Source of the DNA: Alphaproteobacteria bacterium
Lineage (GTDB): Bacteria; Pseudomonadota; Alphaproteobacteria; UBA9219; RGZA01
Assembly: GCA_028278105.1 (NCBI GenBank)
Contig: JANQEX010000003.1
Location: forward strand, 6,972-70,971
Reading direction: 5' to 3'
Length of the DNA: 64,000 nucleotides
Shown here: positions 39,252 to 49,867 of the stretch, piece by piece
How the letters are laid out: every line of letters starts with the position of its first letter
Position numbering within the stretch: the stretch's first letter is position 1
Program-made: the position numbers and the translations under genes
The notes under the pieces: generated by a model
Database searches by the model: none
Told to the model about the DNA's origin: nothing
The model's input: the letters and a program-made list of their open reading frames with translations, nothing else

Positions 39252-41306
39252 ATGTCCTGGCCGCGCGCGCTTTATCTTTTCTTTATCGACGCCTTCCGCC
39301 CGCCTTTCCGCACCACGCCGTGGATCGTGCTGCTGTATGCGTATCTGTCGGCGGTCTACAATCCCGACAGCGCCTTCAACCGCTGGGTCCTGCCCGACAC
39401 CGACGATTACATCCGCCTGGTCCAGGTTTTCAACTGGACCGGCGGGCAAGGCTGGTTCGACACCACCCTCGGCCGCCTTTACCCCCTTCACCCCATTTCC
39501 ATGCATTGGGCGCGGTTGCCGGATATTCCGCTGGCCGGGGTTTACCTGTTTCTTTCCGCCCTGGCCAAATTCTTCCAGTGGGACGCCACGCGGCAGGCCA
39601 TAGGCATGCTGACGGCTTTTTTCGTTCCCTCCCTCCTGCTGACCGGCCTTCTGTTTCTGGTGCGGGCGCTGGCGCGGCCGCTGACGGGAAAACGGCTTTC
39701 GGGCGCGGTGTGTTTTCTGGTGCCGCTGGCGGCGCAGCTTGTTTTTCAGTTCATGCCCATGCGCATCGACCACCATGCCTGGATCATCCTGGGCGGCGGG
39801 GCGGCTTTCTGGTGTCTGCAAGGCATGGCGCTTGGCGTGCGGCCGCTGCGATGCGCGGCGGGCGCGGCCCTTGCCCTGACCCTGGCGGCGTGGAACGGCG
39901 CGGAAATCCTGCCCTTTATCCTGTTTTTCTGCGCGGCGCTGACCCTGCTTGCGGTGTGGAAACAGCGGCTGTTCATGGCTGCCCTTGTTTTCGGCGCGGC
40001 CTGGCCCGCCTTTACCGCGCTTTGCCTTTTGCTGGCGCGCGGCCCGCATTTCATGGTGATTGAATATGACAGTTTCTCGTTCTTCTACCTTCTTCTGGCG
40101 CTTCTGGCGGGTGGATGCTTTCTGGCGCTGTTTCTTCTGTCGCGCCTCGTTGCCAACCGGGCCGTTCTTCTGGCGGCCTCGGTCTTTACCGGAATGGCGG
40201 GTCTGGCGCTGCTTTTGCACGTTTTCCCCGATCTGGTTCTGGGACCCTACGCCAAAGCCAACCCGCTGCTGAATGTCGTTTTCTTTCCCAATATCCGCGA
40301 GGCGGTGCCGCTTTATAAATCATGGGCCGATATCGGGATGGCTTTTGTCACCGCGCCCGACCAGTCGATTGGCGGAGCGCTGTATTACATCGGCACAAGA
40401 ATGTTCATCAATCTGGCGGGGGCTGGCGCCGCGCTTTGCCTTGCGTTGCGCAAGGGCAGCGCCCGCCGCCGCATGCTCTGGGCGCTTTACGCCTTTTTCG
40501 GCGTCGCCTTCGGCCTTCTGGCCATGATCTGGGAGGTGCGCGTGATCACCTATGCCCAGCTTTTCGGACTGATCCCCCTGGCCTGGCTGGTGGCGGCGGC
40601 GCTGCGTGAATTGCGAAGGAATTTCTCCGGCCGTGAACTGTTCGCCTACGAAATCGTGATGGTCTTTGGCCTCACGATTTTCCCCATGCTGGTTCTGCCC
40701 GCCATTCTGCACCAGAGCCGCTTCATGCCCGACATGATCTTTTTCCTGGGCAAGGGCAATATGGGCGCGTGCAGCAATCGTATCCATTTGATTTCCTATC
40801 TGCGCGACATCGCCGAGCGCGAAAAACGCATCGTCACCATTCTCGCGCCGCTGGATTACACGCCGGAGCTGATGTATTACACGCCGCATCGTTTCATCGC
40901 CGCCCCCTATCACCGCAACGGCCGGGGCATCATGGACATGGTCAGCTTTTTCCGCTCAAGACCGCCAGATGATTACGCCGGCCGCCGCATCGCCGAAAAG
41001 CTCGGTCTGGACTACGTGCTGATCTGCAAATCCTCGTTCCGGCAGGGCACGCTGGACCGCTCGCCGGAAGTGCGGAATATTCAGGTGACGTTCAACAATT
41101 CACGCTATGAAACGACGCCCGATGCCGACGACGTGGCCAGGGGCACGCTGGCCCTGCGCCTGGCCAACGGCCAGCCGCCCGGCTGGCTGGAAGAGCGCAA
41201 CGTGCCGCTGGAAAGCGACTTCGGCCTGTTCGAAGTGAAAAAGAAGCGGCTGGATCCTCCGAAGAAAAGGCGCGCCGGAAAAACCGGATTTATTTCTAAA
41301 AAGTAG
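39252..41306 (+). CDS. polytopic integral membrane protein, possible GT-C-fold glycosyltransferase (STT3/ArnT-like)
   Basis: More than 10 hydrophobic segments, an early loop motif LPDTDDYIRLVQV (DxD-type), and a soluble C-terminal domain. The function call is tentative. The start could be 39204. Confidence 0.6.
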   Translation: MSWPRALYLFFIDAFRPPFRTTPWIVLLYAYLSAVYNPDSAFNRWVLPDTDDYIRLVQVFNWTGGQGWFDTTLGRLYPLHPISMHWARLPDIPLAGVYLFLSALAKFFQWDATRQAIGMLTAFFVPSLLLTGLLFLVRALARPLTGKRLSGAVCFLVPLAAQLVFQFMPMRIDHHAWIILGGGAAFWCLQGMALGVRPLRCAAGAALALTLAAWNGAEILPFILFFCAALTLLAVWKQRLFMAALVFGAAWPAFTALCLLLARGPHFMVIEYDSFSFFYLLLALLAGGCFLALFLLSRLVANRAVLLAASVFTGMAGLALLLHVFPDLVLGPYAKANPLLNVVFFPNIREAVPLYKSWADIGMAFVTAPDQSIGGALYYIGTRMFINLAGAGAALCLALRKGSARRRMLWALYAFFGVAFGLLAMIWEVRVITYAQLFGLIPLAWLVAAALRELRRNFSGRELFAYEIVMVFGLTIFPMLVLPAILHQSRFMPDMIFFLGKGNMGACSNRIHLISYLRDIAEREKRIVTILAPLDYTPELMYYTPHRFIAAPYHRNGRGIMDMVSFFRSRPPDDYAGRRIAEKLGLDYVLICKSSFRQGTLDRSPEVRNIQVTFNNSRYETTPDADDVARGTLALRLANGQPPGWLEERNVPLESDFGLFEVKKKRLDPPKKRRAGKTGFISKK

Positions 41307-41420
41307 CGTCATCCCGGAAATCGCCATGGGCGATTATCCGGGATATCTTTTCCCGATTGGCGCAAGACCCCGGACAAGGCTCGGCTCTTCGAGCCTCGCC
41401 TTTCCGGGGTGACGCATATG
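41305..41420. repeat. palindromic repeat units, approximate bounds
   Basis: GTCATCCCGGAAATCGCCATGGGCGATTATCCGGGAT... and CCCCGGACAAGGCTCGGCTCTTCGAGCCTCGCCTTTCCGGGGTGAC hairpins. Confidence 0.55.
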
Positions 41421-41558
41421 TTAAAAATCCGAAACGCGGCCGTTTTTTTCCCAGTCGCCGAAACGGGTGGGCTCCGGCCCCTTGGGACCGCCGATCTCCC
41501 GCGGCTTCGGGTCAACGGGTTTTTCGGACGCGGCGGTCGGGGCTTTTTCCTTTTCCAT
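41421..41558 (-). CDS. DUF1674-family small protein (SDHAF4-like), 45 aa
   Basis: Hand-translated as [45 protein letters not shown]. The C-terminal [12 protein letters not shown](F/Y)GDWExxGRxxDF signature is characteristic of the family. It is below the ORF-track cutoff. Confidence 0.7.
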   Translation of the reverse strand: MEKEKAPTAASEKPVDPKPREIGGPKGPEPTRFGDWEKNGRVSDF

Positions 41559-41616
41559 GGGATGGATATGGCATGACGGGCTTGGCCTGCCAAGCCCGCT
41601 CTGCTAAAAAACCGGC

Positions 41617-42279
41617 ATGTCCCGCCAGAACCTTCGCATCGCGCCGTCCATTCTTTCCGCCGATTTCGCCCGTCTGGGCGACGAGATCCGCGCCATCGAC
41701 CGCGCCGGGGCCGACTACATCCATGTCGACGTGATGGACGGGCATTTCGTGCCCAACATCACCATCGGCCCCGGAGTGGTGAAGGCGCTGCGCAGCGCCT
41801 CGCGCCTTGTTTACGACGTTCACCTGATGATCGCCCCGGTTGATCCTTATATCCCCTCTTTCGCGCAGGCGGGCGCCGACATCATCACCCTCCACCCCGA
41901 AGCGGGACCGCATCTGCACCGCTCCATCCAGCTTGTGAAGGACCAGGGCAAAAAGGCCGGCGTGGCCCTGAACCCCGCCACGCCCATTTCGGCCATTGAG
42001 GACGTTTTGGCCGAGCTTGATCTTGTCCTGGTCATGACGGTCAATCCCGGTTTCGGCGGCCAGAAATTCATCGAAAGCCAGCTTGGCAAAATCAAGACCC
42101 TGCGGCGCATGATCGATCTGATCGGCAAGCCCATCGACCTTGAGGTGGATGGCGGCATCAACGCCGAAACCGCGAAGCTGGCGGCCGATGCCGGGGCCGA
42201 CGTGCTGGTGGCGGGAACGGCCGCCTTTCAGGGCGGGCCGGTGCATTACGCCGAAAACATCCGCGCGCTGCGGGTGTGA
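41617..42279 (+). CDS. rpe: ribulose-phosphate 3-epimerase
   Basis: [45 protein letters not shown]. Confidence 0.92.
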   Translation: MSRQNLRIAPSILSADFARLGDEIRAIDRAGADYIHVDVMDGHFVPNITIGPGVVKALRSASRLVYDVHLMIAPVDPYIPSFAQAGADIITLHPEAGPHLHRSIQLVKDQGKKAGVALNPATPISAIEDVLAELDLVLVMTVNPGFGGQKFIESQLGKIKTLRRMIDLIGKPIDLEVDGGINAETAKLAADAGADVLVAGTAAFQGGPVHYAENIRALRV

Positions 42280-42291
42280 TTCCTCGGCAAA

Positions 42292-42370
42292 AGGGTCAAG
42301 AGGGTCATAAGGGTCAAGAGGGTCAAGAAGATCAAAAGACCCTTTATGACCCTTTCGACCCCTATGACCC
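42292..42370. repeat. palindromic repeat, family B
   Basis: AGGGTCAAGAGGGTCATAAGGGTCAAGAGGGTCAAGAAGATCAAAAGACCCTTTATGACCCTTTCGACCCCTATGACCC. Confidence 0.7.
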
Positions 42371-42377
42371 CTTTCTT

Positions 42378-44288
42378 TTACTCTTCCTCACCCTCGAATG
42401 CGGCACCTTCATCCTCCTCCGGCGGCAAGGCGGGTTCGGGCCTCTTTTCCGGCATGACCAGGGGTTTTGCCAGAGCCCCGGCGGGATCGCGCTTTTGCAC
42501 CTCGATCAGCAGGTCGCGGGCCAGGGGCGCCGCCGTTTTCGAACCGCCGCCGCCATGCTCCACCACGACCGCCGTCACGTAACGCGGCGCATGCACGGGG
42601 GCGAAGCCGACAAACAAAGCGTGATCCCGCTCTTCCCAGCGCAGATCCTCGTTGGCGATCACGCCTTTCGCGCGTTCGGCGCGGGTGATGCGGCGCACCT
42701 GGGACGTGCCGGTCTTGCCGCCCATCTCGTAGCCTTCCACGCCGATGCGCGCGCGCGCCGCCGTGCCGCCGGGGTAGACCACACCGGCCATGGCGTTGCG
42801 CAGGAATTCGAGGTCTTCGGCGCGCAGGCCGAGTGATGGAAAAGAATTTTCATCCCCTTCAGCCAGCGCCAGATGCGGCTTCACGGCAAAGCCGCCCCCC
42901 ACAAGGCGCGCGGTCATGGTAGCCAGTTGCAAGGGCGTGGCCAGCATGTAGCCCTGGCCGATGGCGGCCACCAACGTTTCGCCCGGCTGCCAGCTTTCCC
43001 TGAAGTTTTTCTTTTTCCATGCGCGGGTGGGAATAAGGCCGGGTTTTTCATGCGGCAGGTCAACGCCAAGATGCGCGCCCAGGCCAAGACGCCGGGCGGT
43101 TTCGGCGATCTTGTCGACGCCCAGTTTCTGGCCCAGATGATAGAAATACACATCACAAGACTCCACAATCCCGCGATGCATGTCGCAGGCTCCATGCCCG
43201 CCCCTTTTCCAGCAATGGAAACGGTGATTGCCAAGATCGAGATGGCCGGAACAAAAAGCGCTGAAATCGGGGCTCATCCCGTCCACGAGCGCCGCCAGGG
43301 CCACCACCATCTTGAAGGTGGAGCCGGGCGCGTAAGCTCCCGTGAGGGTTTTGTTCAACAAGGGCGTGAGCGGGTCGGAATTCAGCTTTGCCCACCGCTC
43401 TTTCGGAATGCGCCTTGAAAACAGGTTGGAATCGAATGACGGGTGCGACGCCATGGCATAGACCCCGCCTGTTGCGGCATCCATCACGACCGCGCTGGCG
43501 CTTTTTTCCTGCGCCAGGCGCTCCTGCGCGAAGGATTGCAGCCCGCTGTCCAGGCAAAGCTTCAGCTCCTGCCCGGCGACGGCCGGCGTGTGCGCGAGTT
43601 CGCGCACCTGCTGGCCATAGGCGTTGACCTCAAGCTGCACCGATCCCGGCCGGCCCTGCAGAAGCTTTTCGTAATATTTTTCAACCCCCGTCTTGCCGAT
43701 GCGGAAGGCCGGCTCGTTCAACAGGGGACTGTCGCCCGCTTCGGCCCCGGTCGGCGGGCCGACATAGCCCAGCACATGCGCCGTGACTTCCCGGAAGGGA
43801 TAGCTGCGCACCTCGCCCGCCGCAATCGCCACGCCCGGCAATTCGGGCTGGTGAAGCTCAAGCAGGGAAAGCGTCTCCCAGTCCAGATTGTCGCGCACCA
43901 GCACGGGCAGGCGGTAGCGGCCGCGCCGCAAGTCGCGGGCGATGCGCCGCCGCTCGGATGAATCAAATTCCAGGAGATCGTAAAGCCTTTTCAGCGTGTC
44001 CGTGACATGGGGCGTTTGCTCCGGCACCAGTGCGGCGTGAAAATTCTTTTCGCTTCGCGCCAGCACAATGCCGGACCGGTCGGCAATAATGCCGCGTATG
44101 GGCAACACCAGCCGGGTGCTGATGCGGTTCTCCTCGGCCATGTCGCGGTAACGCGCGCCTTGCGTGATCTGCAAGTCGTAGAGCCGCCAGAAAAGCAGTC
44201 CAAAAAGCCCGGCCTGCGCGCCGCCCACCAGAAAAGCGCGCCGCGTCAGAAGGCGGCCGGGATCGGTATCGCGGATGCGGCGGCCCAT
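42378..44288 (-). CDS. mrdA: penicillin-binding protein 2 (elongasome transpeptidase)
   Basis: SxxK APGSTFKMV, SxN and KTG(T/S) (GGKTGTSQV) motifs. Located downstream of mreBCD. Confidence 0.9.
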   Translation of the reverse strand: MGRRIRDTDPGRLLTRRAFLVGGAQAGLFGLLFWRLYDLQITQGARYRDMAEENRISTRLVLPIRGIIADRSGIVLARSEKNFHAALVPEQTPHVTDTLKRLYDLLEFDSSERRRIARDLRRGRYRLPVLVRDNLDWETLSLLELHQPELPGVAIAAGEVRSYPFREVTAHVLGYVGPPTGAEAGDSPLLNEPAFRIGKTGVEKYYEKLLQGRPGSVQLEVNAYGQQVRELAHTPAVAGQELKLCLDSGLQSFAQERLAQEKSASAVVMDAATGGVYAMASHPSFDSNLFSRRIPKERWAKLNSDPLTPLLNKTLTGAYAPGSTFKMVVALAALVDGMSPDFSAFCSGHLDLGNHRFHCWKRGGHGACDMHRGIVESCDVYFYHLGQKLGVDKIAETARRLGLGAHLGVDLPHEKPGLIPTRAWKKKNFRESWQPGETLVAAIGQGYMLATPLQLATMTARLVGGGFAVKPHLALAEGDENSFPSLGLRAEDLEFLRNAMAGVVYPGGTAARARIGVEGYEMGGKTGTSQVRRITRAERAKGVIANEDLRWEERDHALFVGFAPVHAPRYVTAVVVEHGGGGSKTAAPLARDLLIEVQKRDPAGALAKPLVMPEKRPEPALPPEEDEGAAFEGEEE

Positions 44289-44291
44289 GAC

Positions 44292-44795
44292 CTATTCCCG
44301 CCCGTCTTGCAGCCGTTCCGCCAGTCCCGCCATCGGCGGAAAAAGCAGCGCGCCAAACAACAGGCGCAGCGCAAACGGCAAGAGATCGCCCGGATGCCGG
44401 GCCAGCAGGCCGAACAACGCCCATTGCAACAGGCCGGCGACGAACAGCGCCAGCGCGAACGCGCGCCAGCTTCGCCCGAAGGATTCTCCGGGAAAAAACA
44501 GGCGCCGTCCGCGCAGAAGAAGATCGGCCAAAAGCCAGGAAAGCGCGGTGACGCCCAGAAAATGGCCCGACAAGGCGTCATAAAGCAGGCCCATGAGAAA
44601 CGTGGCGTAAGCCGGGAAAGATCCGGGAGCCCGCATGGCGAAGGCGCACAGGAAAACGAGCGGGAAAACATCAAACAGCGCATGGAGAAGCGGCGACGGC
44701 CAGGGCGCAAGCGCAAGAAGCAGCAGCGCAAAGCCGCCCCCCAGCGGCAGGACCGCATGCGGCATCCGGTCAACCCTGGACAACAATCCGCTCAT
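44292..44795 (-). CDS. mreD: rod shape-determining protein MreD
   Basis: 167-aa polytopic membrane protein lying between mreC and mrdA. Confidence 0.75.
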   Translation of the reverse strand: MSGLLSRVDRMPHAVLPLGGGFALLLLALAPWPSPLLHALFDVFPLVFLCAFAMRAPGSFPAYATFLMGLLYDALSGHFLGVTALSWLLADLLLRGRRLFFPGESFGRSWRAFALALFVAGLLQWALFGLLARHPGDLLPFALRLLFGALLFPPMAGLAERLQDGRE

Positions 44796-45679
44796 GGCGC
44801 GTCCGGCGAAGGCGGGACCGGCGCGGCGGCGGGATCCTGTTTGGGAACGTCAAGCTTGTACCGGACGATACGCACGATTTCCATCCGGTCCGGCCGGGCA
44901 TGGGGCGCAAGGGTGATGCCTTCCGGCTCCACGTCCTTTACCAGGCCCACCGGCAGCCCCGCCGGGAAAATCCCCCCCTGCCCGGACGTAATGACATGCA
45001 TGCCGGGCTTGATGGCTCCTTCCTGCGCCACATGCTTCAGGCGCGGCGCCTTGCCCCCGGTGCCGGAAAGAATCCCGCGCTGCCCGGCCTCCTCCACCGT
45101 CACCGGAAGACGGAAATCGAAATCACGAAGGGTAAGAATGCGCGCGGTCCAGCCGCCCACCTCGATCACCCGCCCGGCCACGCCGTTTTCGTCGAGCACC
45201 ACCATGTCCTTTTCGACGCCGTCCCGCGCGCCCGCGGTCACCAGCATGCTGTCGCCGAAACCGCCGCCGCTTTTGGCGATCACGCGCGCCGAAAGAAAGG
45301 AAAGCTCCGCCGGGTTCCTGTATTGCAACAGGCCCTTTAGCCGGCGGTTTTCGACTTCCAGCCTTTGCGCGGTTTGCGCCCAGCCTTTCAGGACCGCCAG
45401 ATCGCGGCGCAGGCGCTCGTTTTCGTCCTGCAGCCGGGCGCGGTCCCGCCAGGCTGCCTGGGCCTGTCCTGCGGCTTTTGCCGGCAGGGCGGCAAAATCG
45501 ACCGCCGGGGCCAGAAAATCGGCCAGCGCCATGCGCAGCGCCGCGGCGGACACCGGCGCGAACATGTTGAATGCAACCAGCCCCAGCGCCACGGCGATCA
45601 GCGCAAGACCGGTGGCCTGTTTTGTGGAAAGAAGGTTGCGCCGGGTTTGCATGTTGAATCCTGCTTCAATCAACACCAT
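44792..45679 (-). CDS. mreC: rod shape-determining protein MreC
   Basis: N-terminal anchor, a coiled coil (LQDENERLRRDLAVLK), and beta-barrel domains with GIFPAGLPVG. Confidence 0.88.
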   Translation of the reverse strand: MVLIEAGFNMQTRRNLLSTKQATGLALIAVALGLVAFNMFAPVSAAALRMALADFLAPAVDFAALPAKAAGQAQAAWRDRARLQDENERLRRDLAVLKGWAQTAQRLEVENRRLKGLLQYRNPAELSFLSARVIAKSGGGFGDSMLVTAGARDGVEKDMVVLDENGVAGRVIEVGGWTARILTLRDFDFRLPVTVEEAGQRGILSGTGGKAPRLKHVAQEGAIKPGMHVITSGQGGIFPAGLPVGLVKDVEPEGITLAPHARPDRMEIVRIVRYKLDVPKQDPAAAPVPPSPDAP

Positions 45680-45704
45680 GCATCTGATCTCGAAAGCGGC
45701 AAGC

Positions 45705-46787
<1,083 letters not shown>

Positions 46788-46888
46788 TTACCCGCGCCCG
46801 TGGCAAATTTCACCAAAAATTGCGCTTCTTTCTTCGCTGGCCTGCGCCGCGCGGGAGCGGTAAAATGCCCGCTTTTCCGGGAAGGTCC

Positions 46889-47590
46889 ATGTCATCCTGG
46901 CAGCCCCACATTCTGGTCATCGACGACGACCGGCGCCTGCGCGACCTGTTGCGGAAATACCTGATGGAACAGGGCCATCTGGTCTCGACCGCCATCGGCG
47001 CGGAAGACGCGCTGGAAAAGATGCGCGCCGTGCAGTTCGACCTTGCCGTGCTGGATGTCATGATGCCGGGCGAAGACGGCTTTTCCTTCGCCCGCCATCT
47101 CCGCAAGGACCGGAAGCTGAAAGACCTGCCGATCCTGTTCCTGACGGCCCGCGGCGATTCTTCCGACCGCATCGAGGGGCTGGAGGCCGGCAGCGACGAT
47201 TATCTTGCCAAGCCCTTCGAGCCGCGCGAGCTGCATCTGCGGATTCAGGCCATCCTGCGCCGCGCGCCGCCGGAAAAGGAAGGACGGGATATCTGGCTGG
47301 GACGCTGGCAGTTCGACGCCGGGCGGGGCGAGCTGCGCGACGAAACCGACATTTTGCGCCTGACCGAGGTGGAAGCCAGCCTGCTGCGCATCCTGGCCGA
47401 AGCTCCGGGAGAAACCGTCAGCCGCGAGGAGCTTGTGCGCCGCGCCGCCACCGCCGTCAACGACCGCACCGTGGACGTGCAGGTCACCCGCCTGCGCCGC
47501 AAGATCGAGCCCGACGCGAAACAGCCCCGCTATCTTCTAACCGTGCGCGGCGAGGGCTACCGCCTGTTGCCTGAGCGGGAAAGAGCCTGA
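46889..47590 (+). CDS. OmpR-family response regulator
   Basis: Receiver domain ILVIDDD...DLAVLDVMMPGEDG...KPF. Winged-helix output domain LTEVEASLL...VDVQVTRLRRKIE...TVRGEGYRL. The ATG at 46889 has a GGAAGG RBS. Confidence 0.88.
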   Translation: MSSWQPHILVIDDDRRLRDLLRKYLMEQGHLVSTAIGAEDALEKMRAVQFDLAVLDVMMPGEDGFSFARHLRKDRKLKDLPILFLTARGDSSDRIEGLEAGSDDYLAKPFEPRELHLRIQAILRRAPPEKEGRDIWLGRWQFDAGRGELRDETDILRLTEVEASLLRILAEAPGETVSREELVRRAATAVNDRTVDVQVTRLRRKIEPDAKQPRYLLTVRGEGYRLLPERERA

Positions 47591-47593
47591 ATC

Positions 47594-48988
47594 ATGAACA
47601 AGGCTACCGCGAAACCTTTCCGCCTCGCCGAGCTTTTCCGCCGGCTGCGTTTCGACCTCGCCTTTTTCCACTGGTTGAAACATTACCTGCCGCGCGGGCT
47701 TTACGGGCGGGCGCTGCTGATCCTCGTGACGCCGGTGATTCTGGCCCAGGCCGTCGCCACCTATGTGTTCTATGAACGCCACTGGCAAACCGTCACCAAC
47801 CGGCTGACCCATGCGCTGGCGGGCGAGATCGGCGTGGCCGCCACGCGCATGAGCGAGGGCGATCCCGCGCAAATGGCCGAAAGCCTGCGCGCGGCGCTGG
47901 CGCAAAAGCTGGATATCGACATTCTTTATGATCCCGGCAAGACGCTGGCCGGGTATCCGGCGCGCGGCGATTACACCACGCTTCTGGCCCGCATGCTGCA
48001 CAAGGGACTTGATGAAAAGCTCGAACGCCCCTACTCGCTCGACCTGCGGCATGCCAGGGAATGGATCGCCGTGCATGTGCAGCTTGAGCCCGGCGTAATG
48101 ACCATTATTTTCCCGGAGCGCCGCGTTTACACGCCGACCGCCACCATTTTCGTGATCTGGATGATCGGCAGCTCGGCGCTTTTGTCGTTGATCGCCATTC
48201 TTTTCATGCGCAAACAGATCCGCCCCATCCGCCGGCTGGCGGACGCCGCCGAACGCATCGGCCGCGGCGAGGATGTGCCGCATTTCCGCCCCGAAGGGGC
48301 CCGCGAGGTGCGGCAGGCCGCCGTGAACCTGATTATCATGCGCGACCGCCTGCGCCGCCAGATTGCCCAGCGCACCGGCATGCTGAACGGCGTGTCGCAT
48401 GATCTGCGCACGCCGCTCACCCGCATGAAGCTGCAACTGGCCCTCATGCCGGAAACCGCCGAAATCGCCGGCCTCAAGGCCGATGTGCGCGACATGACCG
48501 AGATGATCGAGGCATACCTGTCTTTCGCGCGCGGCGAAGACCCGGAAGACGTGGCCCCCACCCGCCTGTCCGTCTTGCTGGAAGCGGCGGTGGATTCGGC
48601 GCGGCGGCTGCATCCTTCGGTGCCTTTTTATCTGGAAAAAGGCGGCGACGCGGTCATACGCCTTCGCCCCAAGGCCATGGGCCGGGCTCTCGGCAATGTG
48701 ATCGGAAACGCCGCGCGCTACGGCAATTCGGTGTGGATTTCCGTAAGGCCGGGCCAGAAATTCATCGACATCATTGTCGATGACGACGGCCCCGGAGTCC
48801 CTCCCGAAAAGCGCGAGGATGTGTTCCGGCCTTTCATGCGCCTGGAGGAATCGCGCAACCTGGAAACGGGCGGCGTGGGGCTTGGCATGACCATCGCCCG
48901 CGATATTCTGCGTCATCATGGCGGCGACGCGCTGCTGGAAAACAGTCCCCGCGGCGGCCTTCGCGTTGTTTTTCACCTTCCCTTGTAA
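47594..48988 (+). CDS. EnvZ-type sensor histidine kinase
   Basis: Two TM segments, a HAMP domain, H-box VSHDLRTPLTRM, N-box and G-box (DDDGPGV, GGVGLGMTIA). Confidence 0.88.
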   Translation: MNKATAKPFRLAELFRRLRFDLAFFHWLKHYLPRGLYGRALLILVTPVILAQAVATYVFYERHWQTVTNRLTHALAGEIGVAATRMSEGDPAQMAESLRAALAQKLDIDILYDPGKTLAGYPARGDYTTLLARMLHKGLDEKLERPYSLDLRHAREWIAVHVQLEPGVMTIIFPERRVYTPTATIFVIWMIGSSALLSLIAILFMRKQIRPIRRLADAAERIGRGEDVPHFRPEGAREVRQAAVNLIIMRDRLRRQIAQRTGMLNGVSHDLRTPLTRMKLQLALMPETAEIAGLKADVRDMTEMIEAYLSFARGEDPEDVAPTRLSVLLEAAVDSARRLHPSVPFYLEKGGDAVIRLRPKAMGRALGNVIGNAARYGNSVWISVRPGQKFIDIIVDDDGPGVPPEKREDVFRPFMRLEESRNLETGGVGLGMTIARDILRHHGGDALLENSPRGGLRVVFHLPL

Positions 48989-49024
48989 GTTTAGTTGAAT
49001 TATTTATCGCCTGGCGCAAGCTTC

Positions 49025-49195
49025 GCTCCCCTCCCCTTGAGGGAGGGGTTGGGGATGGGGTGGAGCGTCAGAAATAGGGTCTCAAGGGTCATAAGGGGCG
49101 CAAGGGTCTTTTTTGTCGACCCCCATGGACCCTTCTGACCCTCACGATCCTTTCGCCCCCCCTCACCCCTTGATCCACTTCCCTCAGGGGGAGGA
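49025..49195. repeat. palindromic repeat, family B (full composite form)
   Basis: CTCCCCTCCCCTTGAGGGAGGGGTTGGGGATGGGGTGGAGCG...GGGTCTCAAGGGTCATAAGGGGCGCAAGGGTC...GACCCTTCTGACCCTCACGATCC...CACCCCTTGATCC...CCCTCAGGGGGAGG. Confidence 0.7.
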
Positions 49196-49204
49196 AGAAA
49201 TCAT

Positions 49205-49558
49205 ATGACCAATCTCCGCCGCATTTTTATCCGCAACTGGAAAATCAGGGCCCGGACCGGCGTCCGCCCGCATGAGAAAACGAAGAAGCAGCTTTTGCGC
49301 CTGAATGTCTCGCTGTTTCAGGAAGAGGCCGCGGCGCGCGGCCTTGACGACGTGATCTGCTATTCCGCGCATAAATCGCGCATGGAAAAAGAGATTCTGG
49401 CGCGGCACTACCCGCTTCTGGAAAACATGGCCGAGGCGCTCGTGGCCTGCGCCTTCGAGGATCACAAGGTGAAGCAGGTCATAGTCCGCATCGAAAAGCT
49501 GCGCATCCTGCCCGGCGCGGAAAGCTGCGGCATCCGCATTGAGCGCGAGAAAAAATAA
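49205..49558 (+). CDS. folB: dihydroneopterin aldolase family protein
   Basis: 117 aa. The N-terminal pattern IFIRNWKIRARTGVRPHEK...LNVSL is typical of FolB-type proteins. Confidence 0.65.
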   Translation: MTNLRRIFIRNWKIRARTGVRPHEKTKKQLLRLNVSLFQEEAAARGLDDVICYSAHKSRMEKEILARHYPLLENMAEALVACAFEDHKVKQVIVRIEKLRILPGAESCGIRIEREKK

Positions 49559-49569
49559 TACCAACGAAC

Positions 49570-49743
49570 CTATGAACTGACACACGCCAAAAAGCAACCC
49601 GTCATGCCCGCGAAGGCGGGCATCCACGCTAAAAAACCATCAAAACAAAAGTTTTAAAGCGTGCCCCCCCCCCCCCCGCCGGAGCCTGCCCCCGCGCAGG
49701 CGGGGGTGACGGTCCATGCTTTTGGGATGAGTCATTTCATAAG
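49570..49743. mobile_element. MITE-like element, family C, copy 2 (contains a C14 homopolymer at 49664-49677)
   Basis: Same ends and core as 7253-7448: CTATGAACTGACACACGCCAAAAAGCAACCCGTCATGCCCGCGAAGGCGGGCATCCACGCTAAAAAACCATCAAAACAAAAGTTTTAAAGCGTG...GAGTCATTTCATAAG. Confidence 0.65.
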
Positions 49744-49867
49744 ATCGCTGGTACAATTCAATGCAGCCTCCCGGAAAAGCGCGCCGTGCTTTGTCCGGGA
49801 TTTTTTGCCCGTACAGGAAAGAGATCCTGGAAAACGCGCCTTGCGCGTTTTCCAGGATCACGGCTTT

